Notes: generated by a model from the letters alone, not told the origin. DNA of 64,000 nucleotides from Bryobacteraceae bacterium (GCA_019748195.1 JAIEPW010000018.1:68204-132203); one strand, 5' to 3'; shown: positions 34,131-46,238, counted from the stretch's first letter. Translations and numbers: made by a program.

Positions 34131-36674
34131 CTACTTAGCATCCCGCCAGTTGGCTCCCACTCCGACCTCCACCAGCAGGGGGACATTCAAAGCGTAGACG
34201 CTCTCCATCTCCTGTTTCACCAGCGCGGCGATGTCCCCGGCTTCCGATTCGGGAGCTTCAAACACCAACTCGTCATGCACCTGCAGCAGCATGCGAGCCT
34301 CGTATTCGTTCAGCCGCTCCTGAATCCGGATCATCGCCAGCTTGATCAGATCCGCCGCCGTGCCCTGCAAAGGCGTGTTCACGGCGGTCCGTTCGGCGAA
34401 CCCGCGGGCGTTCGGATTGCGGGAGTTCATGTCGGGAATCGGGCGTTCGCGCCCCAGCAGCGTCCGCGAGATCCCGGTGCGCCGCACCTCGGCGATGGTC
34501 TGATCGATAAAAGTGCGCACGCCTGCATACCGCTCGAAGTACGCCTTAATGTAGCGTTCCGCTTCCTTGCGGTCGATCCCCAGTTGCTGCGCCAGGCCGA
34601 ACGGCGTCTGCCCGTAAACGATCCCGAAGTTGACGGCCTTTGCGCTGCGGCGCTGCTCCGCGGTGATCATCAGCGGGGGCACCCCGAGCACTTCCGCCGC
34701 GGTGCGGGTGTGAATATCCTCTCCGCGCCGGAAGGCGTCGGTCAGCACCGGATCTCCCGACATGTGCGCCAGCAGCCTGAGTTCGATTTGCGAATAGTCG
34801 GCGACGATCAGCTTCCAGCCCGGCTCCGGAACGAACGCGGCCCGGATTTCGCGACCCAGCCCGGTGCGGATCGGGATGTTCTGCAGGTTCGGATTGGAGG
34901 AGGACAGCCGTCCCGTGGCCGCCCCCGCGGGGTTGAACGTCGTGTGCACGCGGCCCGTCCGCGGGTCGATCAATTGCGGTAGCGCGTCGACATAGGTCCC
35001 CTTTAGTTTCGTCAGTTGCCGGTATTCGAGCACCTTCCGTGCGATCTCGTGTTCGGCGGCGAGTGCTTCCAACACGTCCGCCGCAGTCGACGGTGTTTTG
35101 CCCCTTCCGTAGCGGCTCACCATGGGAATCGCCATGTCCTCGAACAGGACCTTGCTCAACTGCTGCGGCGAATTGATGTTGAACGGCTTGCCCGAGAGGT
35201 GGAAGATCTCTTCCGCCAGCCGCGCGATGTCGAAGTCCATCCGGCCGCCCAGCTCGCGCAGCGCCGCCGGCTCAACGCGAATCCCGGTCAGCTCCATGCC
35301 GGCCAGGACCGGGGCCAGCGGAAGGTCGATGTGATCGTAAACGGACCGCAGCCCTCGCGCTTCCACCTCCGCCGCCAGCTTTTCGCCCAGCGAGAAGATC
35401 AGATCCGCCTGTTCGGAGAGGTCGGAAGTGAACTTGCGGTCCAGGTGAATCTCGCTGAGCACTTCCAGATTTGCCGCCGACGGCTCGGCCGCCAGCAGGA
35501 AGCCGTAGAGCATAGTGTCGTGTTCGAACGGCGGCGGATCCAGGCCCATTCGCCGGAACTCGACCATCAGGCTTTTGACGTCGTGCGCGGTGCGCACGCG
35601 CTCCAGCAGATCGCCCGCGAACGCCAGCGGAATACACCGGCCGGAGTTCCCCGCCGCCGACAGACCAACCTGCCGCTCATGCAACTCCTGAGGGGCGCCC
35701 AGCGCCATGGCCAGCTCCGCTTCCGCGCCGATTCCAGAGATCCACGCCTTCACGCCGGCCTCGTCGCCGATCTCCGCGTAATCCCGCGCCACCTCGCTCG
35801 TTTCGCCCGATTCCAGGTCCTTCAACAGGCTGAAGAACTCGAGTTCCTTGTACAGGTTCTTGAGTTCCGCGCCGGCTGCCGGCCGCGCCCGCAGCGATTC
35901 CAGGTCCACCTCCAACGGAACCGATGTGTGTATGGTCGCGAGTTCCAGACTCATCCGGATCCGCTCCTGGTTGTTCTGCAGGCTCTCGCGGTACATCTTG
36001 CGCTCCACTTCGCCGGCGCGGCGCAGCGCTTCCTCCACGCTCCCGAACTTCAGGATCAGCTCGCGAGCCCCTTTGTCGCCGATGCCCGGCGCGCCGGGGA
36101 TATTGTCCACCGCGTCGCCTTTCAAGGCCAGCAGGTCCGCCACCTGCCGCGGTTTCACGCCCATGTACTCCTCGGTCGCGGCGATGTCGTAGACCTTGTC
36201 GTCCTTCATCGGGTTCAGCATCACCACGCGATCGCTCACCAGTTGCAGCATGTCCTTGTCGCTCGACACGATCACGACATCCATGCCCTTTTGCTCCGCC
36301 TGCCGCGCCAGTGTTCCGATTACGTCGTCCGCCTCGAAGTTGTCGTACTCCAGAATCGGAATGTTCATGGCCTCCACGATCTTGCGGACGTACGGAATCT
36401 GCTCCAGCAAGTCCGGAGGCGTCTCGCTTCGATTCGCCTTGTATTCGGTGAACTTCTCGTCGCGGAAGGTGGGGCCCATGCTCTCGAAAACCGCCGCTAT
36501 GTACTCGGGATGCTGCGTGTTCAGCAGCTTTCGCACCATATTGTGGAAGATATAGACCGCCTCCGTGGAAAAGCCGCGGTGGGTCCGCATCGGCGGCGCA
36601 TTCGAGCGCGCGCGGGCATGGTAGGCGCGGAAAATAAATCCGAAGGAGTCGATCAGAAAAAGGCGGGCGGCCAT
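34131..36674 (-). CDS. polA: DNA polymerase I
   Basis: 5' nuclease N-terminus (LFLIDSFGFIFRAYHA). Polymerase motifs DYSQIELR, RRSAKAVNFGIVYG, QVHDELVFE. 847 aa. Confidence 0.95.
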   Translation of the reverse strand: MAARLFLIDSFGFIFRAYHARARSNAPPMRTHRGFSTEAVYIFHNMVRKLLNTQHPEYIAAVFESMGPTFRDEKFTEYKANRSETPPDLLEQIPYVRKIVEAMNIPILEYDNFEADDVIGTLARQAEQKGMDVVIVSSDKDMLQLVSDRVVMLNPMKDDKVYDIAATEEYMGVKPRQVADLLALKGDAVDNIPGAPGIGDKGARELILKFGSVEEALRRAGEVERKMYRESLQNNQERIRMSLELATIHTSVPLEVDLESLRARPAAGAELKNLYKELEFFSLLKDLESGETSEVARDYAEIGDEAGVKAWISGIGAEAELAMALGAPQELHERQVGLSAAGNSGRCIPLAFAGDLLERVRTAHDVKSLMVEFRRMGLDPPPFEHDTMLYGFLLAAEPSAANLEVLSEIHLDRKFTSDLSEQADLIFSLGEKLAAEVEARGLRSVYDHIDLPLAPVLAGMELTGIRVEPAALRELGGRMDFDIARLAEEIFHLSGKPFNINSPQQLSKVLFEDMAIPMVSRYGRGKTPSTAADVLEALAAEHEIARKVLEYRQLTKLKGTYVDALPQLIDPRTGRVHTTFNPAGAATGRLSSSNPNLQNIPIRTGLGREIRAAFVPEPGWKLIVADYSQIELRLLAHMSGDPVLTDAFRRGEDIHTRTAAEVLGVPPLMITAEQRRSAKAVNFGIVYGQTPFGLAQQLGIDRKEAERYIKAYFERYAGVRTFIDQTIAEVRRTGISRTLLGRERPIPDMNSRNPNARGFAERTAVNTPLQGTAADLIKLAMIRIQERLNEYEARMLLQVHDELVFEAPESEAGDIAALVKQEMESVYALNVPLLVEVGVGANWRDAK

Positions 36675-36970
36675 GAGTCGGCCTCATCGTATCATGCCTG
36701 CCCGGCTTCTTCAGTCCGCCGCTGGGCGAAGGGACAGAGAAAACCAGTTTAGTCCCACGGGTTATAGGACAATTTCCACAGCAATCTGTAGCAGTTCAGC
36801 CACACCCTCAGGAGAAATGGCGTGGCCGATCCACCACAGTTGCAACAGCGCAAGTCTTTTTACATCAGGTGGCTAGAGAACAGAGTAGCGTTGCTGTTAC
36901 AATAGCGGTTTCGGAGGAAGATATCGTCAGCCGGGCGGGTTCGAGTCCGGACTGAGGAGGCTCTTTCAAC

Positions 36971-37861
36971 TTGCGATTTGAAACCACGGTACAACGCCCC
37001 GTGGAGGCCAGTGGTATAGGACTTCACAGTGGCGCTCGGGTTCGGATTCGAATTCTGCCCGCGCCACCTTCCACCGGAATTGTTTTTGTCCGGACCGATC
37101 TCAATAACTTTCTGGTTCCCGCCAGTTGGCGGCACGTCGCCAAGGTCAGCTACGCCACCAGCCTGATGCGGCAGGGCGTCCTCATCTCTACCACGGAACA
37201 TTTGCTCAGCGTTTTTTACAGCATGGGCGTCGACAACGCCTACGTCGAGATCGACAATTTGGAAGTACCGATTCTCGACGGCTCCGGGCAGCCTTTCGTC
37301 AAGCTCCTGCGCGATGCCGGTTTGAAGACGTACCGCCGCCGCCGCCGCTATCTGCGCATCCGCCGCCCGGTTTCGGTGGAGGACGGCAGCAAGCGGATCA
37401 GCATTCTGCCGTCAGACCGCTTCCTGCTCACCTGCGACGTCTTCTTCGATCATCCCCTGGTGGGCCGCCAGACGCTGGAGATGGAACTCACGCCGGAGCG
37501 GTACGCCTCCGACATCGCCCCCGCGCGCACCTTCGGATTCGAATACGAGCTCGACAAGATGCGCGAAATGGGTCTGATCCGCGGCGCATCGCTTGGTAAC
37601 GCGGTCTGCTTCGACCGCACTTCCATCTTGAATCCGGACGGTCTACGTTTCCCGGATGAGTGCTGCCGGCACAAGGCGCTGGATCTCATCGGCGATCTTG
37701 CCTTGATCGGGAGGCCGTTGCTGGGGCACGTCATCGCGGAACGCGCCGGCCATGCCATGCACACCGCGCTGGTGGCCAAGATCGCCTCGGATCCGACGCT
37801 ATACGAGATCCTGAGTTTCGATCAGCTCGCCGACCGCGTGGCGCACGCGCTGGTGTCCTGA
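36971..37861 (+). CDS. lpxC: UDP-3-O-acyl-N-acetylglucosamine deacetylase
   Basis: TTG start with GAGGAGG 11 nt upstream. GIGLHSGARVRIRILPA and HKALDLIGDL motifs. Confidence 0.9.
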   Translation: MRFETTVQRPVEASGIGLHSGARVRIRILPAPPSTGIVFVRTDLNNFLVPASWRHVAKVSYATSLMRQGVLISTTEHLLSVFYSMGVDNAYVEIDNLEVPILDGSGQPFVKLLRDAGLKTYRRRRRYLRIRRPVSVEDGSKRISILPSDRFLLTCDVFFDHPLVGRQTLEMELTPERYASDIAPARTFGFEYELDKMREMGLIRGASLGNAVCFDRTSILNPDGLRFPDECCRHKALDLIGDLALIGRPLLGHVIAERAGHAMHTALVAKIASDPTLYEILSFDQLADRVAHALVS

Positions 37862-37866
37862 AAGCC

Positions 37867-38439
37867 TTGCGCCGCCACATCCCCAACGCGATCTCGCTGG
37901 CGAGGCTGGCGGCCGCTCCCGTCCTGGCTCGCTGGATCTGGAATCGCGAATACGAGTACGCCCTCATTCTGCTCGCCGTCGCCGGTCTCAGCGATCTGCT
38001 CGACGGGTTTCTCTCCCGCCGCTGGAAAGTGGAGTCGCAAAGCGGCGCTTACCTCGACCCCCTGGCCGATAAGGCGCTGCTGGTGAGCGCGTACATCGCC
38101 GGCGGGCTTGATGGCCTGATTCCCGCTTGGCTCATGTGGCTGGTGCTGGGGCGCGATCTGCTGATTCTGTCCATGGTCGCCGCCGGCTTTCTCTTCACCG
38201 CCCATCGATCCTTCCCGCCGGCTCTCACGGGAAAGCTGAGTACGGTGATTCAGATCTTCTACGGACTGGTTCTGCTCTATAACCGCTCCATGCTGGCCGA
38301 CGAAAATCGCGCCGGTCCGGTGGAGAACGGAATGTTCTGGGCGGCGGCCGCGGTCACCTTAATCAGCGGCTTGGATTACGTGCTGCGTGGATACCGGATG
38401 CTGCGCTTCGCGCCTTCGGGAGAGAGCGCCGCCCGCTAA
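37867..38439 (+). CDS. CDP-alcohol phosphatidyltransferase (PgsA/cardiolipin-synthase-like)
   Basis: DGFLSRRWKVESQSGAYLDPLADK matches the D-G-x2-(A/S)-R-x8-G-x3-D-x3-D motif. The TTG start at 37867 was chosen because the longer ORF overlaps lpxC out of frame. Confidence 0.75.
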   Translation: MRRHIPNAISLARLAAAPVLARWIWNREYEYALILLAVAGLSDLLDGFLSRRWKVESQSGAYLDPLADKALLVSAYIAGGLDGLIPAWLMWLVLGRDLLILSMVAAGFLFTAHRSFPPALTGKLSTVIQIFYGLVLLYNRSMLADENRAGPVENGMFWAAAAVTLISGLDYVLRGYRMLRFAPSGESAAR

Positions 38440-38524
38440 AACGACGGGAATATGGACACTTTCGATTTAACTGTGTCGCCATGATCCGTGTAACAGGTGC
38501 TCTGACCGCAAACAACTTCCGAAC

Positions 38525-38707
38525 GTGCCAGCGCCAGATCCGGAGCTCCTCCGGCTCTCGGAGGAGTCTCGCGACAAGGTCTTGACCGAAGAGGAACCGC
38601 GGGAGCAAAGAGTGAGCTTTGCTTTCGGCAACGCTCCCGTATCCACAGCCGAACGGATCACCCAGGATAGCGTTCGAGCGGCGTCGGCTCACTTTCGAAT
38701 GCTGTAA
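38525..38707 (+). CDS. Possible 60-aa small protein, unknown function
   Basis: GTG-start ORF in an otherwise gene-free 460-nt stretch. Third-position G/C is clearly lower than in neighbouring genes, so coding status is uncertain. Confidence 0.2.
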   Translation: MPAPDPELLRLSEESRDKVLTEEEPREQRVSFAFGNAPVSTAERITQDSVRAASAHFRML

Positions 38708-38866
38708 ATCCGCGATCGATCCTGTCTGTCAGGGAGAACTGGGCCATTCTGGACAACCCAACGCTACTCCCGGCATACGCTCTATCGGTGAAACTCCGGC
38801 GCGGGCGAATGGAAACGCTGCTGGCGGCGATAATCGGTTCACCGGCCCCAGCCCTCAAAGGCCTCA

Positions 38867-38895
38867 TTGACGCCCCGCTGGAACGGGGTTAGGCT
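38867..38895 (+). promoter_or_regulatory. Sigma-70-like promoter that would give a leaderless transcript for CDS 38902
   Basis: TTGACG (38867-38872), 17-nt spacer, TAGGCT (38890-38895). The GTG start at 38902 lies 7 nt after the -10 element. Confidence 0.25.
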
Positions 38896-38901
38896 GAAGA
38901 A

Positions 38902-39474
38902 GTGAGCGCCCCCGTCGCACGCTATCGGCCCGCCCGCCAGTACCACACCTGGGCGTTGGTCGCGTTCGCGATGGCGGCCTTCTCTTTCTGGTGCGGCCTG
39001 CGCTGGACTCCCGCCTTCCTGCCCTCGATGCTTCTGCTGCTGTCGAGTGCGTTAATGCTGGTCCTGGCCACCCGTCCCACCATCGAAGTCCACGAGGAAC
39101 ACCTGCGGATCGGCCGCGTGTCCATTCCCTGGGGCCAGATCCGCCGTCTGGACCGCACTGGCTGGATCTCCCCGTTGGTCCTCTACATCACCCTGCTCGA
39201 AGACAAGCGCCTGCTGGTCATCTATCCGGGCGACCTGGAATCCGCCACCAGCCTGCTGCGGCAGCTTCGCCGCAACTCGCGTGAAGCGCTGATCGACGGC
39301 ATTCCCTACCGGCAGTTCTGGGGCGAGGCGCTGACTCCCGCCCCCGATCGCGCGCAGGCGGCTCCCGCCCGCTATCCGATTCTGCGGCCCGAAGACGAGG
39401 CCGAGATCGAACGCATGTTCCAGCGGCTGAAGACCGTGGGCCACCTGGACCCCAAGAACTCTCCTGACGAGTAG
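38902..39474 (+). CDS. Membrane protein, hypothetical (two TM helices + soluble domain, possibly PH-like)
   Basis: GTG start. Hydrophobic helices WALVAFAMAAFSFWCGL and LPSMLLLLSSALMLVLA. The stop overlaps the next gene's GTG by 1 nt. Confidence 0.6.
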   Translation: MSAPVARYRPARQYHTWALVAFAMAAFSFWCGLRWTPAFLPSMLLLLSSALMLVLATRPTIEVHEEHLRIGRVSIPWGQIRRLDRTGWISPLVLYITLLEDKRLLVIYPGDLESATSLLRQLRRNSREALIDGIPYRQFWGEALTPAPDRAQAAPARYPILRPEDEAEIERMFQRLKTVGHLDPKNSPDE

Positions 39475-40079
39475 TGAAGAAGCCGAAAAACAGAAGCCGT
39501 GGCCGTTCCTGGCTGATCGTTCTGGCGCTTGCCTTGCTCCTCTTTTTCACCCGGACTTCCTGGTTAGGATGGCTGGGCGGCGCCCTCATCGAATCCGGGG
39601 AACCGAGGCGCGCCGACGCGATTCTGGTGCTGGCCGGCGACGCCTGGGGCAATCGCATCCGCAAGGGCGGGGATCTCTCGCGTCAGGGCTACGCGCCCCT
39701 GGTCTTTGTGAGCGGCCCGGAGGGTTTGTACGGATTCCATGAAAGCGAGCTTGCCATCCGATACGCGGTGAAGCACGGCTACCCCCAAGACATGTTCGTG
39801 GCCTTGCCCAATACCGCGCGCTCCACGGTCGAGGAGGCCGACCAGATTGTGCCCGAGCTCGAGAAGCGGGGCGTCAAATCCCTGATTCTGGTCACCAGTA
39901 ACTATCACACCCGGCGCGCCGCCTCCACGTTCCGGAAGCGCGCCGCGGCCATGAGCATCACCGTGGTGGCCGCGCCCGACCGCGTCTTCGATCCGGCAAA
40001 CTGGTGGCAGTCGCGGGACGGGCAGAAGCAGTGGTTCTTTGAAGTCACCAAGACCGTCGCTTCGGTTCTCGGGATTTGA
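39474..40079 (+). CDS. DUF218 (YdcF/ElyC-family) envelope protein
   Basis: N-terminal TM helix. ILVLAGD..., VFVSG..., STVEEA..., LILVTSNYHTRRA motifs of DUF218. Confidence 0.8.
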   Translation: MKKPKNRSRGRSWLIVLALALLLFFTRTSWLGWLGGALIESGEPRRADAILVLAGDAWGNRIRKGGDLSRQGYAPLVFVSGPEGLYGFHESELAIRYAVKHGYPQDMFVALPNTARSTVEEADQIVPELEKRGVKSLILVTSNYHTRRAASTFRKRAAAMSITVVAAPDRVFDPANWWQSRDGQKQWFFEVTKTVASVLGI

Positions 40080-41830
40080 GCGCGATGAAGCAGACCGCCT
40101 GGCAGTTCGTCTCTCCCTACCTGTGGCGCTACCGGGGGCGCTTTGCCCTTGGTCTGGGCGCTCTGCTTGGCAAGGATGTCCTCTCCGCGGTGCTGCCGCT
40201 GGTGATCCGCACCGGAATCGACGCGCTTACGGCGCGCTTTGACATGAGCGCGGTTCTGCGACTCGCCGCATTGCTGGTGCTGATCTCCGCGGTGAAGGGC
40301 GTGTTCCAGTACTGGATGCGCGTGATCATCATCGGCGTGTCGCGCGACATCGAATTCGATCTGCGCAACGATCTGTTTGCGCACTTGGTCCGCCTGGATC
40401 AGGCCTTCTACGGGCGTTTCCGCACCGGGGACCTGATGGCGCGCTCCACCAATGATCTGAACGCCGTGCGCATGATGATCGGACCGGGCGTGATGTATTG
40501 GTGCGAAACCTCGCTGACCTTTGTTCTCGCCACCGCCGTGATGCTGTGGGTGGACTGGCCGCTGGCGTTGATCGCGCTCGCCCCCGCTCCCCTGGTCAGC
40601 TTCGCGGTGGTCTTTTTCGGGCAGCGCATTCATGACCGCTTTGAGAAGATCCAGCGGCAATTCTCCGACATCTCCAGCCGCGTGCAGGAGAATCTTTCGG
40701 GCGTGCGAGTCGTCCGGGCCTACTCACAGGAAAGCGCCGAGATGCGCCACTTCGAGGTTCTGAATCGCGACTACATCCACCAGAACCTGGCCCTCGCCAA
40801 GATCTCAACGCTTTTCTACCCCCTCCTGCAGGCCCTGATCGGGGTGTCGTTCCTGCTGGTCCTGTGGGCCGGCGGCTACCGCCTTCTGGCGGGCAAGATT
40901 TCGTTGGGCAGCTTCGTCATGTTTAACACCTACATGGGCATGCTGATCTGGCCCATGATCGGAATGGGGTGGGTGGTCAACCTGGTGCAGCGCGGCAAGG
41001 CGTCGCTCGGGCGTCTTCGCGAACTGTTGGAGGAACCGCCTTCCATCGCGGCGCCTGCCGCGCCGAAGCCGCTGCTTGCCCCGCCGCGGGGCGAGATCGA
41101 GTTCCGCGAAGTCGAGGTCCGCTACCCCAGCCGCCACGCACTCGCCGGGATTCACCTGAGTATCCAGGCTGGCAGCACAGTAGCGATAGTGGGTCACACC
41201 GGAAGCGGTAAGTCGACCTTGGTCAGCCTGATCCCGCGCTTGATCGATCCCACATCGGGCCAGGTGCTGCTCGACGGCGTCGACCTCCGCGAGCTGGACC
41301 CGTTGGAACTGCGGCGGCACATCGGCTATGTCCCGCAGGAGACGTTCCTCTTCTCGGCGACGCTCGCCGGCAACATCGCCTTCGGCGTCCCCGGCGCCAC
41401 GCGGGAGCAGATCCAAGAGGCCGCCAGGCTTGCGGGACTGGAGCCCGATCTCGAATCGCTTCCCCAGGGACTGGACACTGTCATCGGCGAGCGCGGCATC
41501 ACCCTTTCCGGCGGCCAGAAGCAGCGCACCGCCATCGCCCGCGCCATTCTGCGCAATCCCGCGATTCTGATTCTCGATGACGCGCTCTCCGCGGTGGACA
41601 CGCTGACCGAGGAACGCATCCTGAACGCGCTCAGCTCGGTGATGCGCGGCCGCACCACCATCCTGATCTCCCACCGCGTGTCCACCGTGCGCAACGCCGG
41701 ACGCATCATCGTGATCGAGCACGGAGTGGTGGCGGAGCAGGGCTCGCACGACGAACTCGTCCGGCGCGGCGGATATTACGCGGATCTCTACAACAAGCAG
41801 TTGCTCGAGGAAGAACTCGAGTCGATTTAG
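40076..41830 (+). CDS. ABC exporter, fused permease/ATPase (MsbA/MdlB-like)
   Basis: Six-helix TMD. Walker A GHTGSGKST, signature LSGGQKQR, Walker B ILILDDA. TTG at 40076 overlaps the upstream stop; ATG at 40085 is an alternative start. Confidence 0.9.
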   Translation: MSAMKQTAWQFVSPYLWRYRGRFALGLGALLGKDVLSAVLPLVIRTGIDALTARFDMSAVLRLAALLVLISAVKGVFQYWMRVIIIGVSRDIEFDLRNDLFAHLVRLDQAFYGRFRTGDLMARSTNDLNAVRMMIGPGVMYWCETSLTFVLATAVMLWVDWPLALIALAPAPLVSFAVVFFGQRIHDRFEKIQRQFSDISSRVQENLSGVRVVRAYSQESAEMRHFEVLNRDYIHQNLALAKISTLFYPLLQALIGVSFLLVLWAGGYRLLAGKISLGSFVMFNTYMGMLIWPMIGMGWVVNLVQRGKASLGRLRELLEEPPSIAAPAAPKPLLAPPRGEIEFREVEVRYPSRHALAGIHLSIQAGSTVAIVGHTGSGKSTLVSLIPRLIDPTSGQVLLDGVDLRELDPLELRRHIGYVPQETFLFSATLAGNIAFGVPGATREQIQEAARLAGLEPDLESLPQGLDTVIGERGITLSGGQKQRTAIARAILRNPAILILDDALSAVDTLTEERILNALSSVMRGRTTILISHRVSTVRNAGRIIVIEHGVVAEQGSHDELVRRGGYYADLYNKQLLEEELESI

Positions 41831-41833
41831 CGG

Positions 41834-42358
41834 CTACTTCAAGTCTTCGGGCTTCACTTCGCTCCTGCTGCCCGTAGCCGCGAACCGCAGGAAGCCGATG
41901 AGGTCGGCGAGTTCCTGGTTGTTGTACGACGCCGAAGTCGGCGGGTGCTTCCACTTCGTGTTCGGCTTCACCTCGTCGATAGAATTCTTGGCGACCTTTT
42001 TCAACTCCGGTTTGTTGTTGCTCAGGTCGTACAGCAACACCTGATCGCCCTCTTCCCCCGCCTTCATCGCCGGGAAAGAACCCATGCCCTTCACTTTGTA
42101 CTCCCGGACGTACTCGGTCATGGTCATTTGAATCGCGGTCACCAGTCCCTTGGGGACGGCGGCCGAGGCGAGTGTCCGCAAATCGGGCCCCGCCGGAATA
42201 CCGAGATCCTTGATCTGATGGCAGGCAGCGCAGGCGACACCCTTGGGTGAATTCAGGAACAACTCGCGGCCGCGCTGCGCCTGCGGAGGCATGTCCTGCG
42301 CCTTCGCCGGGGCCGCCGCCCACAACACCAGTCCCACCACAACAGCCAGCCGTTGCAT
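41834..42358 (-). CDS. Secreted mono-haem cytochrome c family protein
   Basis: Signal MQRLAVVVGLVLWAAAPAKAQ. CAACH haem-binding motif. Confidence 0.75.
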   Translation of the reverse strand: MQRLAVVVGLVLWAAAPAKAQDMPPQAQRGRELFLNSPKGVACAACHQIKDLGIPAGPDLRTLASAAVPKGLVTAIQMTMTEYVREYKVKGMGSFPAMKAGEEGDQVLLYDLSNNKPELKKVAKNSIDEVKPNTKWKHPPTSASYNNQELADLIGFLRFAATGSRSEVKPEDLK

Positions 42359-42466
42359 AACTTACCTCCACCTCTCGGAATGCAATCGCGAGGCCGTCCG
42401 TAAGTTATTGAATCCGATCCGATTTTGTAACTCGAAATGAGCGAAATCACCCAGCTCGGCGGTCGC

Positions 42467-43288
42467 CTAGCGGGGCAATCGCAACTCCACCCCACGCTCC
42501 CCGTTCAGCCGTTGCGTCAGGTCGCGATCCACCAGGGCCAGCGACACGCGATTGATTACCTGTTTGGGCGTGACGTAGTTCAGCGTCTCGCCCTCCACCC
42601 AATACGCCACCGCGGACAGCACCGAAGCGTCGTTCAGCGCGATCAGGTAAATCGTTGGTTTATCAGATGGATGCAAACTGCGCGCCGGCTCGGCGGGAGC
42701 ATTCGGACGGGCTTCGTAGATGCGCAGGCCGCCCGCGCCTGGCTCGGGCAGGCTGGCGTCGCTGTAGTCCCGCAAGACCGGGTTCACCTGCTCCGGCCGG
42801 TAGTTCTGATTGATCACGACCACCGGCGGATTGGGCGCCTGCACCGGCTGCGGAACGACGACCGTTTGGGGTTCGTTCCATCCCCATCCCCAACCGCCGC
42901 CGACCGGGATGGGAACGTAGACCGGAAGGACGCCGCGCTGTTGATTCCAGCCGAAGCCGCCGCCCCAAACTCCTCCGAAGCCCCCGCGCCCGCCCCCTCC
43001 GAAACCGCCGCCCCACGCCGGATTGCCCTGGATGGCGCCGCTTAACTGCCTGGGAAAATTGAAGTTATGGATGGAAGCGCCGGGAGGGAGCGCCGGAATC
43101 GGCGTGCCCGGGTTGACGATGCTGGGCACGAATCCGGGGTGCGCGGGGCCACCCACGATCACGGGCGGCCGGGCGCCGCCGCCCCCGCCGGGACCCATCG
43201 GACGGGGCATCGGCCTCATGCCTCCGCCGCCGCGCTGCGCGAGCAGCGCGGTGCTCGCCAGAACCATCCAAGTAAGCAGGCGAATCAT
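42467..43288 (-). CDS. Secreted Gly/Pro/Trp-rich low-complexity protein with a conserved-looking C-terminal domain
   Basis: The internal ATG gives signal MIRLLTWMVLASTALLAQ. GGGFGGGGRGGFGGVWGGGFGWN and GGGWGWGWN tracts. Folded-looking tail IYLIALNDASVLSAVAYWVEGETLNYVT. Confidence 0.6.
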   Translation of the reverse strand: MIRLLTWMVLASTALLAQRGGGGMRPMPRPMGPGGGGGARPPVIVGGPAHPGFVPSIVNPGTPIPALPPGASIHNFNFPRQLSGAIQGNPAWGGGFGGGGRGGFGGVWGGGFGWNQQRGVLPVYVPIPVGGGWGWGWNEPQTVVVPQPVQAPNPPVVVINQNYRPEQVNPVLRDYSDASLPEPGAGGLRIYEARPNAPAEPARSLHPSDKPTIYLIALNDASVLSAVAYWVEGETLNYVTPKQVINRVSLALVDRDLTQRLNGERGVELRLPR

Positions 43289-43412
43289 GGCGCAAACCAC
43301 CCCCTTGTAGTTTAGGCGCAAAACGCGCGCGAATGGATTCAAAAATCCGAAAAGCGGCGCTGGCCGGCGGCTGGCGGGCCGGGGGCGCGGTAACATGGTA
43401 GCTGGTAGTTTT

Positions 43413-46222
<2,810 letters not shown>

Positions 46223-46238
<16 letters not shown>

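Noticed and set aside
36925-36955. Possible tRNA gene or tRNA fragment, because of GGTTCGAGTCC (T-loop consensus).
   Set aside because: The flanking T-stem pairs at only 3 of 5 positions in the tRNA register. No matching acceptor stem, D-arm or anticodon arm could be built in the upstream 60-90 nt. It is kept only as a hairpin in a finding.
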